Shown: positions 14,792 through 32,070 of the stretch, in pieces
Layout: each line of letters opens with the position of its first letter
Numbering within the stretch: the stretch's first letter is position 1
Origin: Eledone cirrhosa
Lineage: Eukaryota
Reading direction: 5' to 3'
Assembly (NCBI GenBank): GCA_964016885.1
Contig: OZ024740.1
Span: forward strand, 400,520,001-400,584,000
DNA: 64,000 nt
The notes under the pieces: model-generated
Database searches by the model: none
What the model saw: the letters and a program-made list of their open reading frames with translations, nothing else
What the model was told of the DNA's origin: nothing
Translations under genes and position numbers: made by a program

Positions 14792-15443
14792 AATAATAAT
14801 AATAATGATTTCTTTATTGGCCACAAGGGCTGACATCAAGAAAAACATCACTGACGGAACAGGACGGTACGATGTGGGTTTTGTGCGTGTAAATATTTTT
14901 ATTATTTATATAAGAAAAGAAAAAGGACATAAAACATATATATATATAAACAATAAAATGAAAATTGAAACAATGAAAAGTTCCCCAATAGGGGGGAAAC
15001 CTCCGAGGGTTACTCGCGGCGAAAACCACACAAAAGACCACGGCCACCCTGACTACCAGGGCAAGCGCCCTCTCTCAATTTTTCCATCTCTCAAACTACA
15101 GACGTATATTCAGAGTGGTCCCGTTCACTCGTACCATTCTCGCTACATTCACCCACCTTTCAAATAACTTGCTAGAAAGCAACACTTTCCTCTCCACCCT
15201 GATTTTCCTCGGCAGATGAAAACCGCCTGCCCTTCCTCCTCAAAGGAAGATGGCGAGACCATCTGCACAATGGACTCAGTCGACAACCGGATCAGTCCCA
15301 CACGACAGCAACTGTTCGACATAGCTCCACAAGTCAGCAATGCTCGGGCACTGAACGAGTGCGTGCACAACGGTTTCGGACAGGCTCGGCTGACGGCACT
15401 TCTGTGCCTGTAGAGCTTATCTCGAACCGTCAGCGCTCCCTGA

Positions 15444-17060
15444 TCAGCACTGCCTGATCAGGGATTTTTGGAAGTTATCCATAGGCCCCGGGCTGAAAGT
15501 TCTCCGGAAGAGAGCAAGCAGCTGATCTTCTTCGACGCCCAGGATCTCTCCGAGAAAGTCGTCGCTCTTCCCCTCCACTAGTCCTCTATAGAACGCCGAG
15601 GTGGATGTTTCACCGATACTGGTGCCCAACTGGGAGAGGGCAGTGAGCGCCTGAAGACATTCCAGTTTCCAAGCGCTATCCCTCGGTCTTTTTCTGACCC
15701 AGGACTGCAGCTCCGTCAAGGAGACGAACTTTGGTTAAATGTGCCTGGCGAACGGCGACCACACCCGTTCACCATCAAGGAAGCACCAGAGATGACGCAG
15801 CCTCAGCGCATGTTTGCGTATCATCAGCCATGGCATGCCCAGTCCTCCACGCAACGGGTGTTGATAGCAGATGGATCGTCTGACAATGGGAGCGCGTCCC
15901 TTCCACAAAAAGCGGAAGAGGAGGCGCTCCATTTTGGTGAGAGTTGGGCTGGAGCAAGTGACGACGGTGAGGCGGTAGCAGATGACGGATGCGATGTACG
16001 CATTCGCCACTTCCGCCCGGCCTTTCAGGGACAGCTTCCTCTCAGCCTATTTCTGGGTGAGGGAGGCCACCCTCCTCGTCACCTCGTTCCAGTTTTTCTC
16101 CATCTGGAGGTCCGGTCCCAACCAGACCCCGATCAATTTAACCGATCCGTCCGTCCAACGCCCCACGACGCTGTCGGACGGCATGGACTTGCCTCTCCAG
16201 GTGCCTAGCTGCAAGCCCACCGGCTTTTCCTGGTTTATCTTTGCTCCTGTCACCGTTTCGTATTCCTTGAGAGCGGTGCTGAGCATCTGGACGTGTCTGG
16301 TGCTCGACACCACCACGGTGACGTTGTCAGCGTCAGCCGACTCGGATTTGCCGCATCCTAGTTCGCGTGGGACGCCCCTCATCGCCCCCAGTTTGTGCAG
16401 TAACGGCTCGAGAGCCAATACGTACAAGAGGGACGAGAGAGGACAACCCTGGCGGAGTGAGCGCATGATGCTGAACGGCTGCGACAGGTGACAGTTTACC
16501 CTCACAACTGAGCAGATGTCGCTGTACATTGCTGCGATCCAACGCCTTAAAACGGGCCCGAAACCGGCTGCCTCGAGGACCGCCACCAGGTACCGATGGT
16601 CGACCCTATCGAATGCTTTGGATTGATCCAAGTTGATCAGGGCCCCACCCTTGCCAGGTTCCTTAACCACCCTCTCTATGATGTATCGCATGAGGTGGAG
16701 GTTGTCGTGTATGGATCTGTCCGGGATGGCGCATGTCTGCGCCTCTCCCACCAGACACTTGACGACAAGCGCCAACCTCGGTGCTAACACCTTGGCCAAA
16801 ATCTTGAACTCTGCGTTTAGCAGAGTTATGGGCCTGAAATTATCAATAACATCCCCCTTGTTCGGGTCTTTTCTCAGCAGCGCCACTGCTCCGCGGATCA
16901 CAAAACTGGGAATGCTCCCGTTCTGCTGCCAGTTGCAGTAGACGTCTGCCAAGAGGTCACCGAACAAGTCTGGCATAAATGCATAAAGCTCGTAGGGCAG
17001 ACCATCTAAACCTGGCGATTTACCTCTTGTGCAGTTAGCAAATCGCTCCCCGTATTTCAC
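15444..17060 (-). pseudogene. LINE ORF2 reverse transcriptase and C-terminal region
   Basis: KSPGLDGLPYELY, FRPITLLNAEFKILAK, LDQSKAFDRVDH, RQGCPLS and a degenerate YADD (DADN). Confidence 0.92.
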
Positions 17061-18365
17061 CGGCTGTTATTGGCTTTTCGCAACACTGTGCTGCGGTCGT
17101 CGAGAGCCGAGGCAGTCCGTCGAGGTATGCACTGAAGTCCATGTCCCGATCCGGGCCGCCGCCGCTCCCGAACAGTTCAGCAAAGTGCTGCTGAAAAGCT
17201 TCACGCATCCGCTCGGGTTCGAGCATCACGCACCCGTTTTGGTCAGACAAAGACCGAATTGTGGCTTTATTGCCTCGTCGCGCCTCTGCCACCCGGGCCC
17301 ATTGGACGGCTTTTATCCCCTCGTGTTTCAGAGTACGCGCTCTAGCTCTGACAACACAGCCTTCGTGTTTTGCGTTGAAGAATTCGTCGAGTGCCAATCT
17401 CGCCGCAAGCACGTCGGTTGCGATGCCTGTCCTAAACGCCTCTTCTAGCTTTCTGACTAGCTCTCCCTCTACTCTATTTTCCTCTATCACTACTCCTTTG
17501 CTAAACCTAATCGACTCTACTTTAATTGCCCTTTTCAGGGCGAACCACCACCTGTTGTTGACGACAGCTCCCGTCAATGCCCGCTTAACTAATACGCTAA
17601 TCCGGTCTCTGTAGGCCTTGCGCGCCGGGAAAGACCCGTTCAGCTTCCAGTAACCAGGCCCTTGTCTATGAAGTCTGTCTATGTCGATCTCATAGATCAC
17701 AAATTTGTGGTCTGTGTAGTCGACTATTTTAAATTGTGGACAACTTATACTAGCCTTATCTAGTACCCCACAGAATACCCTATCTAGATACGATCTGGAT
17801 GACCCGATGCGGTTTGTCCATGTCCACATTGGCACATTCGGATCATCCAGTCGATACCTGTCAGACAGTTCAAAACGTCTGAGCAGGTTGGTGAGGCTCT
17901 TGCACCCTCCTCCCCTATCCCAGCGTGCATCGAAGATACCGTTCCAGTCGCCCAAGAAAGGTCTCTAGACGTTCCAAGAAAGGTCTCTAGACGTCTGAAG
18001 AAATCTGGCCGTCCTGCCCCTGTTGGGGCGTAGACGGCTACTAGCCTGAAAGCATTGCCTTCGCTGCCGGTCACGTCCAGCACCACCGACTTACGTTCTG
18101 GGTCCAGGAAGATGGCCCGTATCGCGAGATCCAAGCTTCTCCGAAAAAGGACGGCAACCCCTCCTCCCGATCCTGGACGGCTGGGAGATGCGTATACATC
18201 GTAGCCGCCGAAGATCGGTGCGAAGGCCCGTGCCTCGGAGATTCTGGTTTCACTGATGGCCACCACATCTATGTTTAGTGACCTGAGGTCATTGAGCAGA
18301 TGACCCTGCTTCCAAGATGACCCCAGGCCACGTACATTTATACTGCCTATTCTGAGTACAGCCAT
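17035..18365 (-). pseudogene. LINE ORF2 apurinic-like endonuclease domain (frameshifted)
   Basis: SINVRGL, VVAISET, VAVYAP, GDWN, SYLDRVF, TDHK and GYWKLN motifs across ORFs 17784-18386 and 17035-17955. Confidence 0.9.
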
Positions 18366-19280
18366 GTTGGATGAGAAACGGGGCAAATGAGAAAGGGTAG
18401 CTTACCTTGTTCGTGTGGTGAAGGGACAGTAGAACCGCCCCTTTCGCTGGTCATGGGTGTTTCCAAGAGGATGTCAGTGTATATCCTCTTGGTAACCGTC
18501 CCTCTGAAGTCTCCTACTGCGTTTGGGGAATTTTTGTTTTAAAGGTTTGTATTGTTCTATTGAGATTTCGATGATGCTTATGTTTGTCGGGAGAGTTCTT
18601 GGTGTTGGTGGGGTGTAGTAATTTTTTTCCGTGATGTCTGTGTGCTGCTTTATATATTTTATGAGTTCTTTTTTTGCTATGTTTATGGCTGTGTACTTTT
18701 TGGGGGGAGGGGTGATTTTGTTGCCGTTTTCTTCTTGTTGGTGTTTGGTGTGTGTGTCTTGTTGTGTTTGCGTTGTTGGTGTTTGTGGTGGTGTTGCTGC
18801 AAGTTTCCTTGCTGCCTTTACCCCTCTTTGTATGCCTTCGCTTTTGGAGGGTGAATCTAAGCTTTTTTTTGTTTTTTGTGGCAGACTGTTTGCCACGTCA
18901 CTCCCGCCTCAAACTCCATGTCGGATTCTGTGGCGTCTGGGAGGGGTATGTGCTCCACGGCTGTTGGTGGTGGTAGTGGAGCCCTCTTCGGCAATGTTGT
19001 TGCTGGTGTAGCTATTTCAAATGTAGTTATTGGTGTTGCCGCTACTGATGATGCTGCTTTAGTTATCCGTGGCCTTGGATACGACACCCCGTAAAGGGGT
19101 GCCGTATTATTTACTAGTGAACCCCTGTATTAGGTGGGTCACTTCTTCTAAACTTTTATCAAATTTAAAACTTGAATAAAAGGATTAGAACGGCTGAAAA
19201 AGAGGTAAAACTTTGAAAAAGATGGAGGCGATAAGAAGCGTGGCTTCACCAACCAATAATAATAATAATAATAATAATAA

Positions 19281-19485
19281 TCTCAACAAGTTTCCAGTGT
19301 GGTTAAAGAAAATTCGCCCCGCCACGCTTTTTGGAACGCTTCAAAAGGCATGCTTGCTGGGAACAGCAAGAACCCTCCGATACGTCCTGAATATCTGAGG
19401 CTGCAGGTCGTGGCTTGATATTCATTTCAACAAACTTTCCAGTTAACTAACATCAATGACTGAGACTCAAAGAACAATAATAATA
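19281..19485 (+). mobile_element. 3' fragment of an R4/Dong-clade LINE within (AAT)n
   Basis: LQKACLLGTARTLRYVLNI* C-terminus, short 3' UTR, (AAT)n on both sides. Confidence 0.8.
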
Positions 19486-19508
19486 ATAATTAGGATAATG
19501 ATAATAAT

Positions 19509-19795
19509 AATTGTTTCTACTTTTGGCACAAGGCCAGCAATTACCCAGTGCATGCCTGGTACTTTATTTTATCTACCCCGTAAGGATGAAATGCAAAGTT
19601 AACCTCGGCGGGATTTGAAATGATTTCTACTATAGGCACAAGGCCAGTAGTTTGGGGGAGGCGAAAGTCGATTAAATCGACCCCAGTACGTTACTGGTGC
19701 TTTATTTTATCGACCCCGTAAGGATGAAAGGCAAATTAATCTCGGCGGGATTTGAATTCAGACCGTAAAGGGCCGTAACTCTATGCTGCAAAGCA
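19509..19795 (-). mobile_element. Two tandem 5'-truncated S1 SINEs
   Basis: S1 matches at 19509-19619 and 19621-19795. Confidence 0.85.
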
Positions 19796-19814
19796 TAATA
19801 ATAATAAGAAGAAT

Positions 19815-21490
19815 GATGATTTCTTTGTTAGCTACGCAGGAATCACATGAAGAAAACATTAATGACTACACAGGACTGTACAGTGTAGGTTTTAGCGTGT
19901 GACAAATGTTTTATGTAAAACAAGGAAAACGTGTATAAAATTCAAACAAGATAAATTTCATAATAGGAGGGCTTCCGAGGGTCACACATGGAAAAAGACC
20001 TCAAAAATCCACGGCCACATTCACCGCAAGTGCCCTCTCCCAGTCTTCCTCCTCCAATCTACTGAAGCATATTTAGAGCAAGCCCATTCACTCGGCCCCT
20101 GCTCGTCTATCTCGCCCACCTGATATTTATTATCAAGTGAAAACTGAAAAGGTTAACCATGGCTTCACTCACGAAGAAAGTGCTGCTCTGCAACCCTTTC
20201 AGATATATCCACCGCATGACCGCTTTCACTGAGGCCACCAGGCAAAATCAAATTGCCTTCCATTCTCGGCTAAAGGAAATTGGTGGGGAAATCCTCATGA
20301 TGGACTCAGCTGATAGCTGGAGCTGTTCGTCATATGACATCAGCTGTTCGAATCCTTCATTTGGAATTGCAGCTCAATCAAGGAAACAAACTGGGGAAAA
20401 ACGTGTCTAGTAGACAGCAGCTACACCTGATTACCGTCAAGGGAACGCTGAAAATGATGTCACAGCCTCAATGCTTGATGCTCATCATCAGCCACGTGTG
20501 TTGACAGCAAATGGACTGCTTGAGCAGTAGAACCTATCCCTTCTATAGTCAGAAAAAAACACGACAGTCTGGTGGTATTAGATGACAACAGCCCACTCTG
20601 CCCGAGCTTTCTGTGATAGTTTCACCTCGGCGCATTTCTGATTGTGAGAGGCCACACCAGCTCGTTACCTCGTCCCGGTATTTGTCCATCAGGAAATCCG
20701 GACCCCGAGCAATTTAAGCGGTCCACCCGTCCAGCGTCTGGCAACGTTGTTGGACAGCATGTACCTGCCTCTCCAGTTGCCGAGCTACGGGCCCACCGAC
20801 CTTCCAGGGTTATGTTTTGCTTGTTACTCACTGAGAACTGTGCCCGTCATCTCAATGTGTTTGGTCTTCGATAACTTTATGGTGATGTGGTCGCCATAAG
20901 CTGGCAGATTTCCCACAACCTAGTTCAAGGTGAATGCCCCTCAACTTTTGCAATTTGTATTGTAATCGCTCGAAAGTGATACATACAAAAGGGACGAAAG
21001 AGGAATAATTTTGCGGACAGAATGCATGACGTTGAACGGTTCCAAACGGTATCCGTTCACTCTAATGAAGGAGAAAATCTTGCTGTGCCTTGCAGCAATC
21101 CAGCTCTTGAAAACAGATCCGAAGTCGGCTGTCTTGAGGACTAACACTAGATAACGATGGTTAACCCTATCGAAAGCATTCGAGTGATCTACGTTGATCA
21201 GAGCACGTGCCAGGTTGTTTAACCAAACTCTCTATGATGTACCGCCTGGGGTGGAGATAGTCGTGAATTGATCTGTCAGAAATGGCGGATGTTTGCGTCT
21301 TCCCCACTAGACCACCGACAAGAACCAACCTCGTCGCTAAAAACTTGGCCAAAATTTTGAATTCCGCAGTTAGCAGAATTATGAAATCACCGATATGTTT
21401 CCCCTTGTTCGGATCCTTTCTCAAAACGCCACCGTTCAACGGCTCACCGAACAGAAGTTTCCTAGGGTTCTGCCGGTTGCAGTAGACGTC
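19815..21490 (-). pseudogene. Decayed L1/Tx1-type LINE copy
   Basis: LRKDPNKG..., AEFKILAK, DRSIHD and FGSVFKSWIAA motifs; the 3' end gatttctttgttagctac resembles the sequence at about 14807. Confidence 0.85.
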
Positions 21491-22796
21491 TAGTTCCAGA
21501 CTCAGTTTGAAAGTAGTTGATGAAACGGCAAGAGTTCAGCCACCCGGCGCCGACTCTTTCTAATAGAGCTATACTCTACTATCCCAAGTATCTAGTACTG
21601 CGTTTAATAATGGTTTGACTAGTTTAAAACTGGTTTAATCCTGATATATATACATACGTATGTGTGTGTGTGAACATAAGGGTTTGCTTTATATATTTTT
21701 CAGAAGTGTGAGGGAGATATTTGGAAGTTGTCATTGTTTATAAAATTCTCTTGGTTAGATATTCAAAGTATCCCATCTGTTTATAGATATGTGGCTAATA
21801 TTTTATCTTTCTAAATATATTTAATGTTACAACTTCGTTTTACACACGTTGTGGAATATGGTTTAGATATTAATGTGGCTGATGTTTGTCTCAAGCAATA
21901 AGTCTTCATTAAGTAGATTTATTGTGTTTTACTGACGCTTAAATCAAAGGATTCCTTTGAAAGGTATGTTAAAGGTATATAAACAAATGTACATGAACAC
22001 CGTGATCATGTCACAACTACATCAGTTACAGTGTTAGATCGCCAAATATGTTGTGTTTCAGGAATATTAATCCATATGTTTAAAGGTATTGAATATGCTT
22101 TTTTATGCGTCATAATTCTGGACCAGGCTGGATTAGTCCTACAGCTAATAAAAGCTAGCTTCTCAAGACAAACTTATATGCAAATAAGAATCATCAAAAA
22201 TGTATCAGTAACAATATCTATGTGTAAAAGCTTTAGCTTATATGCCTCAGTACGGAATTAATAAATATGTGTACGGAAAGTTGTAAAAATCATGAAATAT
22301 ATTATACTTGGCGGTATCACGCGCTTATCACCCTGCACCTGAATAAAGAATATCAACATATACCATAAATAATATACAAATTAAGTACACACACACACAG
22401 ACACAAACCTATAAAATATATTTAACCTTTTCGCAATATCTATAATTCATACAAGATTAAATACATATAAACACAGGAGTAACTATCTTTAAGTTACCAA
22501 TCTATACATAACTTTTTTTTACCCCCTCCTGACATTAGGTGTTCTAAAATAATGTAACGTCTGCTAACATATTTCTTATCTAAAGAGAGGCAAAGATAAT
22601 TTTATGACAAGACAGTGGCAAGATTTGAAACCTCAGTCAGAAAGCAACAGTGTTAAGCAACATTAATAATATTTCAGCTCTGTAGGTAACAGAGAATGGT
22701 CTTATTTCTTCAACAATCGTACGGAAATCTTTGGCACTACACACACACACACATTCACACAGACACAAGCGTACGCACACAAGCATATATATATAT

Positions 22797-22885
<89 letters not shown>

Positions 22886-22886
22886 C

Positions 22887-22939
<53 letters not shown>

Positions 22940-22940
22940 A

Positions 22941-23415
<475 letters not shown>

Positions 23416-23471
23416 ATATATATATATATATATAGAAAGATTTGAATGGATACAGTTTAGTTGAAAGGAAT

Positions 23472-23593
23472 TTATTGACACGTGTTTCTATAACAGTTAC
23501 ATAACCTGAAAAACGGCTGCTATCTACAAAGTTTTAGTTATGCAGGACATTCAATATTTCAATGTTATTATTTACTGTCATTCATCAGAATAA
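23472..23593 (-). ncRNA. Type I hammerhead ribozyme with a large stem II insertion
   Basis: ttatt-CTGATGA-atgacagt...actgttat-a-GAAAC-acgt-GTC-aataa; perfect stem I and palindromic acacgtgt. Confidence 0.75.
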
Positions 23594-24156
23594 TATTACT
23601 GAGGACCTATTTGGTTTTTATAGAGAATATTAGGAGGGAGGGGTGAAGTTGTTAGAAGAATAGTTGAGGGAGTGGTTTTTTGATAGCAGTGATCATTTTT
23701 GGTGGCAGTGAGTAATTAGATTCCATCTGTTGTTTTGACATTTTTATAGAATATATTATTGGTTATTTTTCTAAATTTATAGAAGGATTAGAGATAGTAA
23801 AGATATGCGTGGTTGGTTTTGTGTTTGCACTTAATTAACATTCAGACTTAAATTTTTCTTTCAAGTGTACGTATCCTTTCACCCACGCATTCACACACAA
23901 ATATATTTGCACACCTCTACAAAAATACATATACTCAGATTCACATATTCATACTTACATAGCTATACACATGCATACATATATATATATATACACACAT
24001 GTATTCATGTACATACATACGCGCTCATGTGTAAACATTTTCATACTCAACTTATCTTTATACACACGTATAGACACACACATACTATACATACATACTC
24101 TAGTCTATGTGTACACATATACCAACATACACATCTATATATATATATACATATAT

Positions 24157-24224
<68 letters not shown>

Positions 24225-24559
24225 AAAATATATATATATATATCACTATAATATATCATATATATACTATATCTATACTATCTATAACTATATCTACTAT
24301 CTAATATATATATATATATATATTTATCTATATTTATATATACATTTTCTATCTATATATATACTATATATATATATATCTATTATATATATACTATTTA
24401 TATATATATATATTATATATATATCTATAAATTATATATTATATATATATATATATATAATTTATATCTATATATACATATGTTTATTAATATATATATA
24501 TTATATTTATATATTAAACCTATACTATTTCAATATATATATAATAACATCTATATATA

Positions 24560-27208
24560 AGCACTTAATAATGAATACACTAAATCAACATAAATCTTTA
24601 CTATTTATTTACATTTCACTATATATAATTTATGGACGTAGAATATATCGATTTGCTATCATCAGCATATCTTTCCATTATAGTATATATATAGGGAAGT
24701 TATAGTTCACTTGAAGCATTGTGTAATGTGGTATAAACGTTTGTATTTGTAAAGCCAATACAATGCAGGTATGGACATAGAATAAAATGCAAATGCAAGA
24801 GATATTGTGACATTAGTCATACCTTAGATATATTTAAATGTCCTTAATTTTCGAGATGAACATCTCTTCTTCGGAGGGAAGTAAATGGGGTTAAACCAGT
24901 ATTCTAAATAGCTTGCCAAGTCCATGCTGACAGGAAATGTATAGAGTATCTGTTCGATCTCTAATGTCAAAGAGTTAAGGTTAGGTGGATAAAGAGTAGT
25001 CTCCCTTTAAAAGGGGTTTTGTACATGTCTGTTTAAGTGTGTGGGAGAATGCGTGAAGGTGTAAGTATGTGTGTGTGTGCGTCAGTGTGAGAAGATATAT
25101 CTATACGCAAATGTGGGGGATAGATGCTCTCTCGTTTAAGAACTGGTCTTTGTGTGTGTATGTGTGTGTGAGAGAGAATAAGTGGAGTTGTAAGCATGTG
25201 TGTGTGTATGCGTGCGTGTGTGGGGGAGGGAGGTGTAAGTATGGGGCTAGATGCTTTATCAAGTTATAAATTGGGTGTTGAGTTCTAGTCTATTATTGAT
25301 TGGTGGTGTGTTTTGTCTATAATTAGTGATTCCTTAATTCTAAGATTGCCGAAGTTTCTTTCTTTAGTTTCTATCCTAACTGTTATGGTTTTGTCGGTGT
25401 TTTTGCATTTCTCTAGGTGTTTCTTAAATAAGGAAGCGTTAGTATTGAGGTGTTCTTTTATTCTTATGTGGAGTGGTCTGGTGGTGCTAGCTAGCTAGAA
25501 GTTACTGCATTTGTCGCACTCTAGTCTGTATACGACGTAAGCCTGGTGGCATAGGTCTGTGTCGTTGATGGGGCAGTTGGCTAGCCTGCAGCAGTTGTCA
25601 TGTCTGGTGCAGTGTCTTTTGGTTAGTTGTCCGCGTAGAGAAGTCCTCAGTGGGCCAGTTGGATATCTAGTCCCTCTCGTCTGATAGCTCTGCGGATGGC
25701 TGTTGTTGTTTCGTCACTGAAGTGGGCGAGCTTCAGGAAGCAAGTGTTAGTGCCTCTGGTGTGGCGTCCTCTATTCTTTCTGGCACGGTTTGTGGTGGAT
25801 GTCGGGTATCCGTTCAGTTTGAGTACTTCCAGGAAATGTGTGGTGTGTGTGTCTCTGTCTCTAGCGTCGGTGCATTTGTTCCGGATACGTGTTAGTTCGT
25901 TCCTTAAGTATCCAAACTTAGCGCCGGCTGGGAGGGCCGATCTGAAATGTACGAACAGGTCCCTGCTGGCGGCTTTTTTATATAAGCAGGTGTGGATGTT
26001 GCCTTCCTCTGTTACCCTGAGTTGGAAGTCCAGTAGGGATAGGGATCCGCGGTCATCGGGGTGTTCCATGCTGAACTTTATACTGGCGTCCATGGAGAAT
26101 GCTGTGTATATTTTATCCGCCTCCTCACGGGATGATGTAAGGATGAGTATGTCATCTACATATCGGGTGAAGAAGGTATGGGAATGGCAGGTGTTGGACA
26201 TTCTAGCTGGTTCATATAGGTGATGGCCAACAGGCCCGATAGGCTGGATCCCATGGGTAATCCTGTTGTCTGTCTGTATGTGTGGTGGTGGAAGGTGAAG
26301 TACGTGTTGTCTACTGTGAAGGACAAGAGCTGGTATATGTCCGTCGGGTGGAGGCCGTAGCAGTGGATGTCCTCTGCGACCACGCAGTCCGTCAATAAAT
26401 CGACAGCTGGATGAGCGGGGACTGTAGTGTTCAGGGAGACAACGTCGAGGCTAAAGGCGTATCTATTTAGTTTAAGTTGTTCTGGCTGGAGTTGGTGTAG
26501 TCTACGTATGACTTCGTCGGAGCTACTGACATGCCCGGGAAAGGTGGAGAGTAGAGGCTTGAGGACCTGGGAGAGGAGCCAGGAGATTTTGTATAGGGGT
26601 CTTTCTATGCTAGAGACGATGGGTCTTATTTGTGTCTTAGTACTATTTTTGTGGGTCTTGATGAGGTGGTAGAAAGTGGGCAGTCTGCTATTTCTAGTGG
26701 TGTAGTTGAGTTTAACTTTATTTGAGAGTTCTCTTCTCCTACAGATGTCGAATCAGATGGAGTTGGTCTGTTTTTCGATCTGGGCTGCAGTCATGTCCGG
26801 GATCTCTGTATATAGTTCATTGTCGCTTAGGTGTTCAAAGGCTAGGTTGTTGTATGTGGTTTGAGAGATGACGCAAAACTCTTTACCTTTGTCGGATGGT
26901 AAGTATATAAGTTCCCTATTCCGTAGGTTCTTCAGGGCGTGTTGTTGTGTCCTGGAGAGGTTTGGGGCTATCTTCTTCTGTTTCCGTAAGATGTTAAAAA
27001 CGGAATGTTTTAGCCTCGAGAGTTTTTCTTCAAGCTCGCGGTTGGTAGGCGGTGGACAGAGTGGGCGATCCAGTTGGTATATCGGGAATCTGCGTTTGTT
27101 AGATTCCGTGGTGTTGTTGCTGAGAGTCGATATCCATTTTAGTTGGTAGGCAGCCCGTAAATAAAACGAGTTAATAAGACAAAGTTGGAATTCCTTTTAT
27201 TAATATAA
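24560..27208 (-). mobile_element. Largely complete decayed PLE (RT plus C-terminal GIY-YIG)
   Basis: SLDVVSL, YRQTTGLPMGSSLSGLLA, RYVDDILI and LSLLDFQL motifs; GIY-YIG remnant VVYRLECDKCSNF*LASTTRPLHIRIKEHL at about 25450-25590; degenerate HHR at about 24850-24878. Confidence 0.88.
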
Positions 27209-27454
27209 TCTTCTATACACAATCATACACACCCGTGTATATTTATTTACACACACATACACGCACACGCACACATATATATATATGGCGGCTTTTCATC
27301 CCTGCTGAAGAATGAATAATAATAATAATAATAATTTTCAACAGAATAAAATTGCACCGAATGATGCAACATGGAATATAAGAATATTTCTTGACGAAGA
27401 AATTATATTGATATAGCTGCATTCTCTGAAACCCGTTTTATTGGGGAATGTCAT

Positions 27455-27672
<218 letters not shown>

Positions 27673-27877
27673 TGCTAGCTATACAATCTTCTGGAAAGGG
27701 AAACCAAATGAGGAGAAAAGGAATGGAGGAGTAAGTTTTGTTGTCAGGGCATAGATCACAAAACGACTGGTGCAACTACAATGGTCTTTATTATCTTTGT
27801 TTTGTTTAGACTTTATGCTATGGCCTGTGGGCAAATTGGCTGCTATTTCTAGCAGTTCAAGTAATTATATATAGTTC

Positions 27878-28625
<748 letters not shown>

Positions 28626-28644
28626 TATATATATATATATATAT

Positions 28645-30806
<2,162 letters not shown>

Positions 30807-31013
30807 CAATACATATATATACCGTATGTGGAAAGGTAATAGAAACAGAATATTAGTATTTTTATGTTGGATATATCACACAGTTGACAAAACGTAGGAT
30901 CGAATACCTTTTAAGCTGATACACTTCTACTCTAAATAATGATATATGAAAAAGTGTAAATCAGCCAGTTGATAATTATCATTAAAGAATCGTTGCAAAA
31001 CATACACGAAGCT

Positions 31014-31093
<80 letters not shown>

Positions 31094-31879
31094 GGGAGAT
31101 CGAGATCGAGAGATCAAGGAAGGATCTAGTTTTAAATAAACCTTCGTTCCTTCGTTTTACTTAGAATTTTTTCAAAAAAGAAAAAGGATTGATACGGCTC
31201 CAATGAAACAGCTAAAAAGAAATTCAGAAGAGTACCTATGATAAAGAAGACAAAGCTGTGTTAACCATCAGAAAGCAAAAATTAAAAAGAGTGACCGAAA
31301 TTTATACAGCTTCATTCTCAAAGTAAGCATTTATTACTTGTATTACTTGCTGTCACATAGTATCCGTTGGTTTCCATTTATATTCAAAGACAACTAGTTT
31401 GAAAATTGTGTATATTTGACAGCATGAATGAAATGACTTAAATTATATTTAAGCTGAATTCTATTGCTAGATCTAATAGAATTGGCAGCCACATATCCGG
31501 GAATTAACATTATTATAGCTAGTCATACATGCCAATCGATATTTGATGCGCTAGATATGGCAGCAAAACCATCTCCAAATTTCAGCAAATGGTTATTTGG
31601 ATAACGTGACTTGTGCATGAAAAAGACGGCATATTCGTGAATGTTTTGTACCATAGTTCCGTTGGAACAGAAGTGACATGGGCCGAAAGATCAACAACAA
31701 GAACAGCTACTGGTCTACCATAGTTCATGAAAACAACAATATACAAATTCTCCTTCTACGTATATTTTAAATGAAAACAAACTTTCAAAATAAAATTGTT
31801 TTTTTAAGGATTCTCAACATTTAAAAATCTAATAAAACTCGCTTGAAGAACGGAGAGAGAAAGAAGAAAAAAGATAACG

Positions 31880-32070
31880 GAAAAGAAGAACGAGAACGAA
31901 AAGAAGAAGAAGAAGAAGAAGAAGAAGAAGAAGAAGAAGAAGACGAAGAAGAAGACGAAGAAGAAGAAGAAGAAGAAGAAGAAGAAGAAGAAGAAGAAGA
32001 AGAAGAAGAAGGAGAAGAAGAAGAAGAAGAAGAAGAAGAAGATGATGATGATGATGATGATGACGATGAA
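31880..32070. repeat. (GAA)n/(GAT)n microsatellite
   Basis: Seen directly. Confidence 0.95.

Larger units (their letters stand above)
14806..19254 (-). mobile_element. Near full-length, frameshifted L1/Tx1-type LINE flanked by (AAT)n
   Basis: APE and RT segments in the expected order, C-terminal GGLGMP motif, ORF1-like remnants at 18474-19087, and accaataataataataat at both flanks. Confidence 0.9.

Noticed and set aside
24240-24620. Irregular AT-rich low-complexity tract as a structured element
   Set aside because: Resembles decayed or poorly polished (TA)n sequence.
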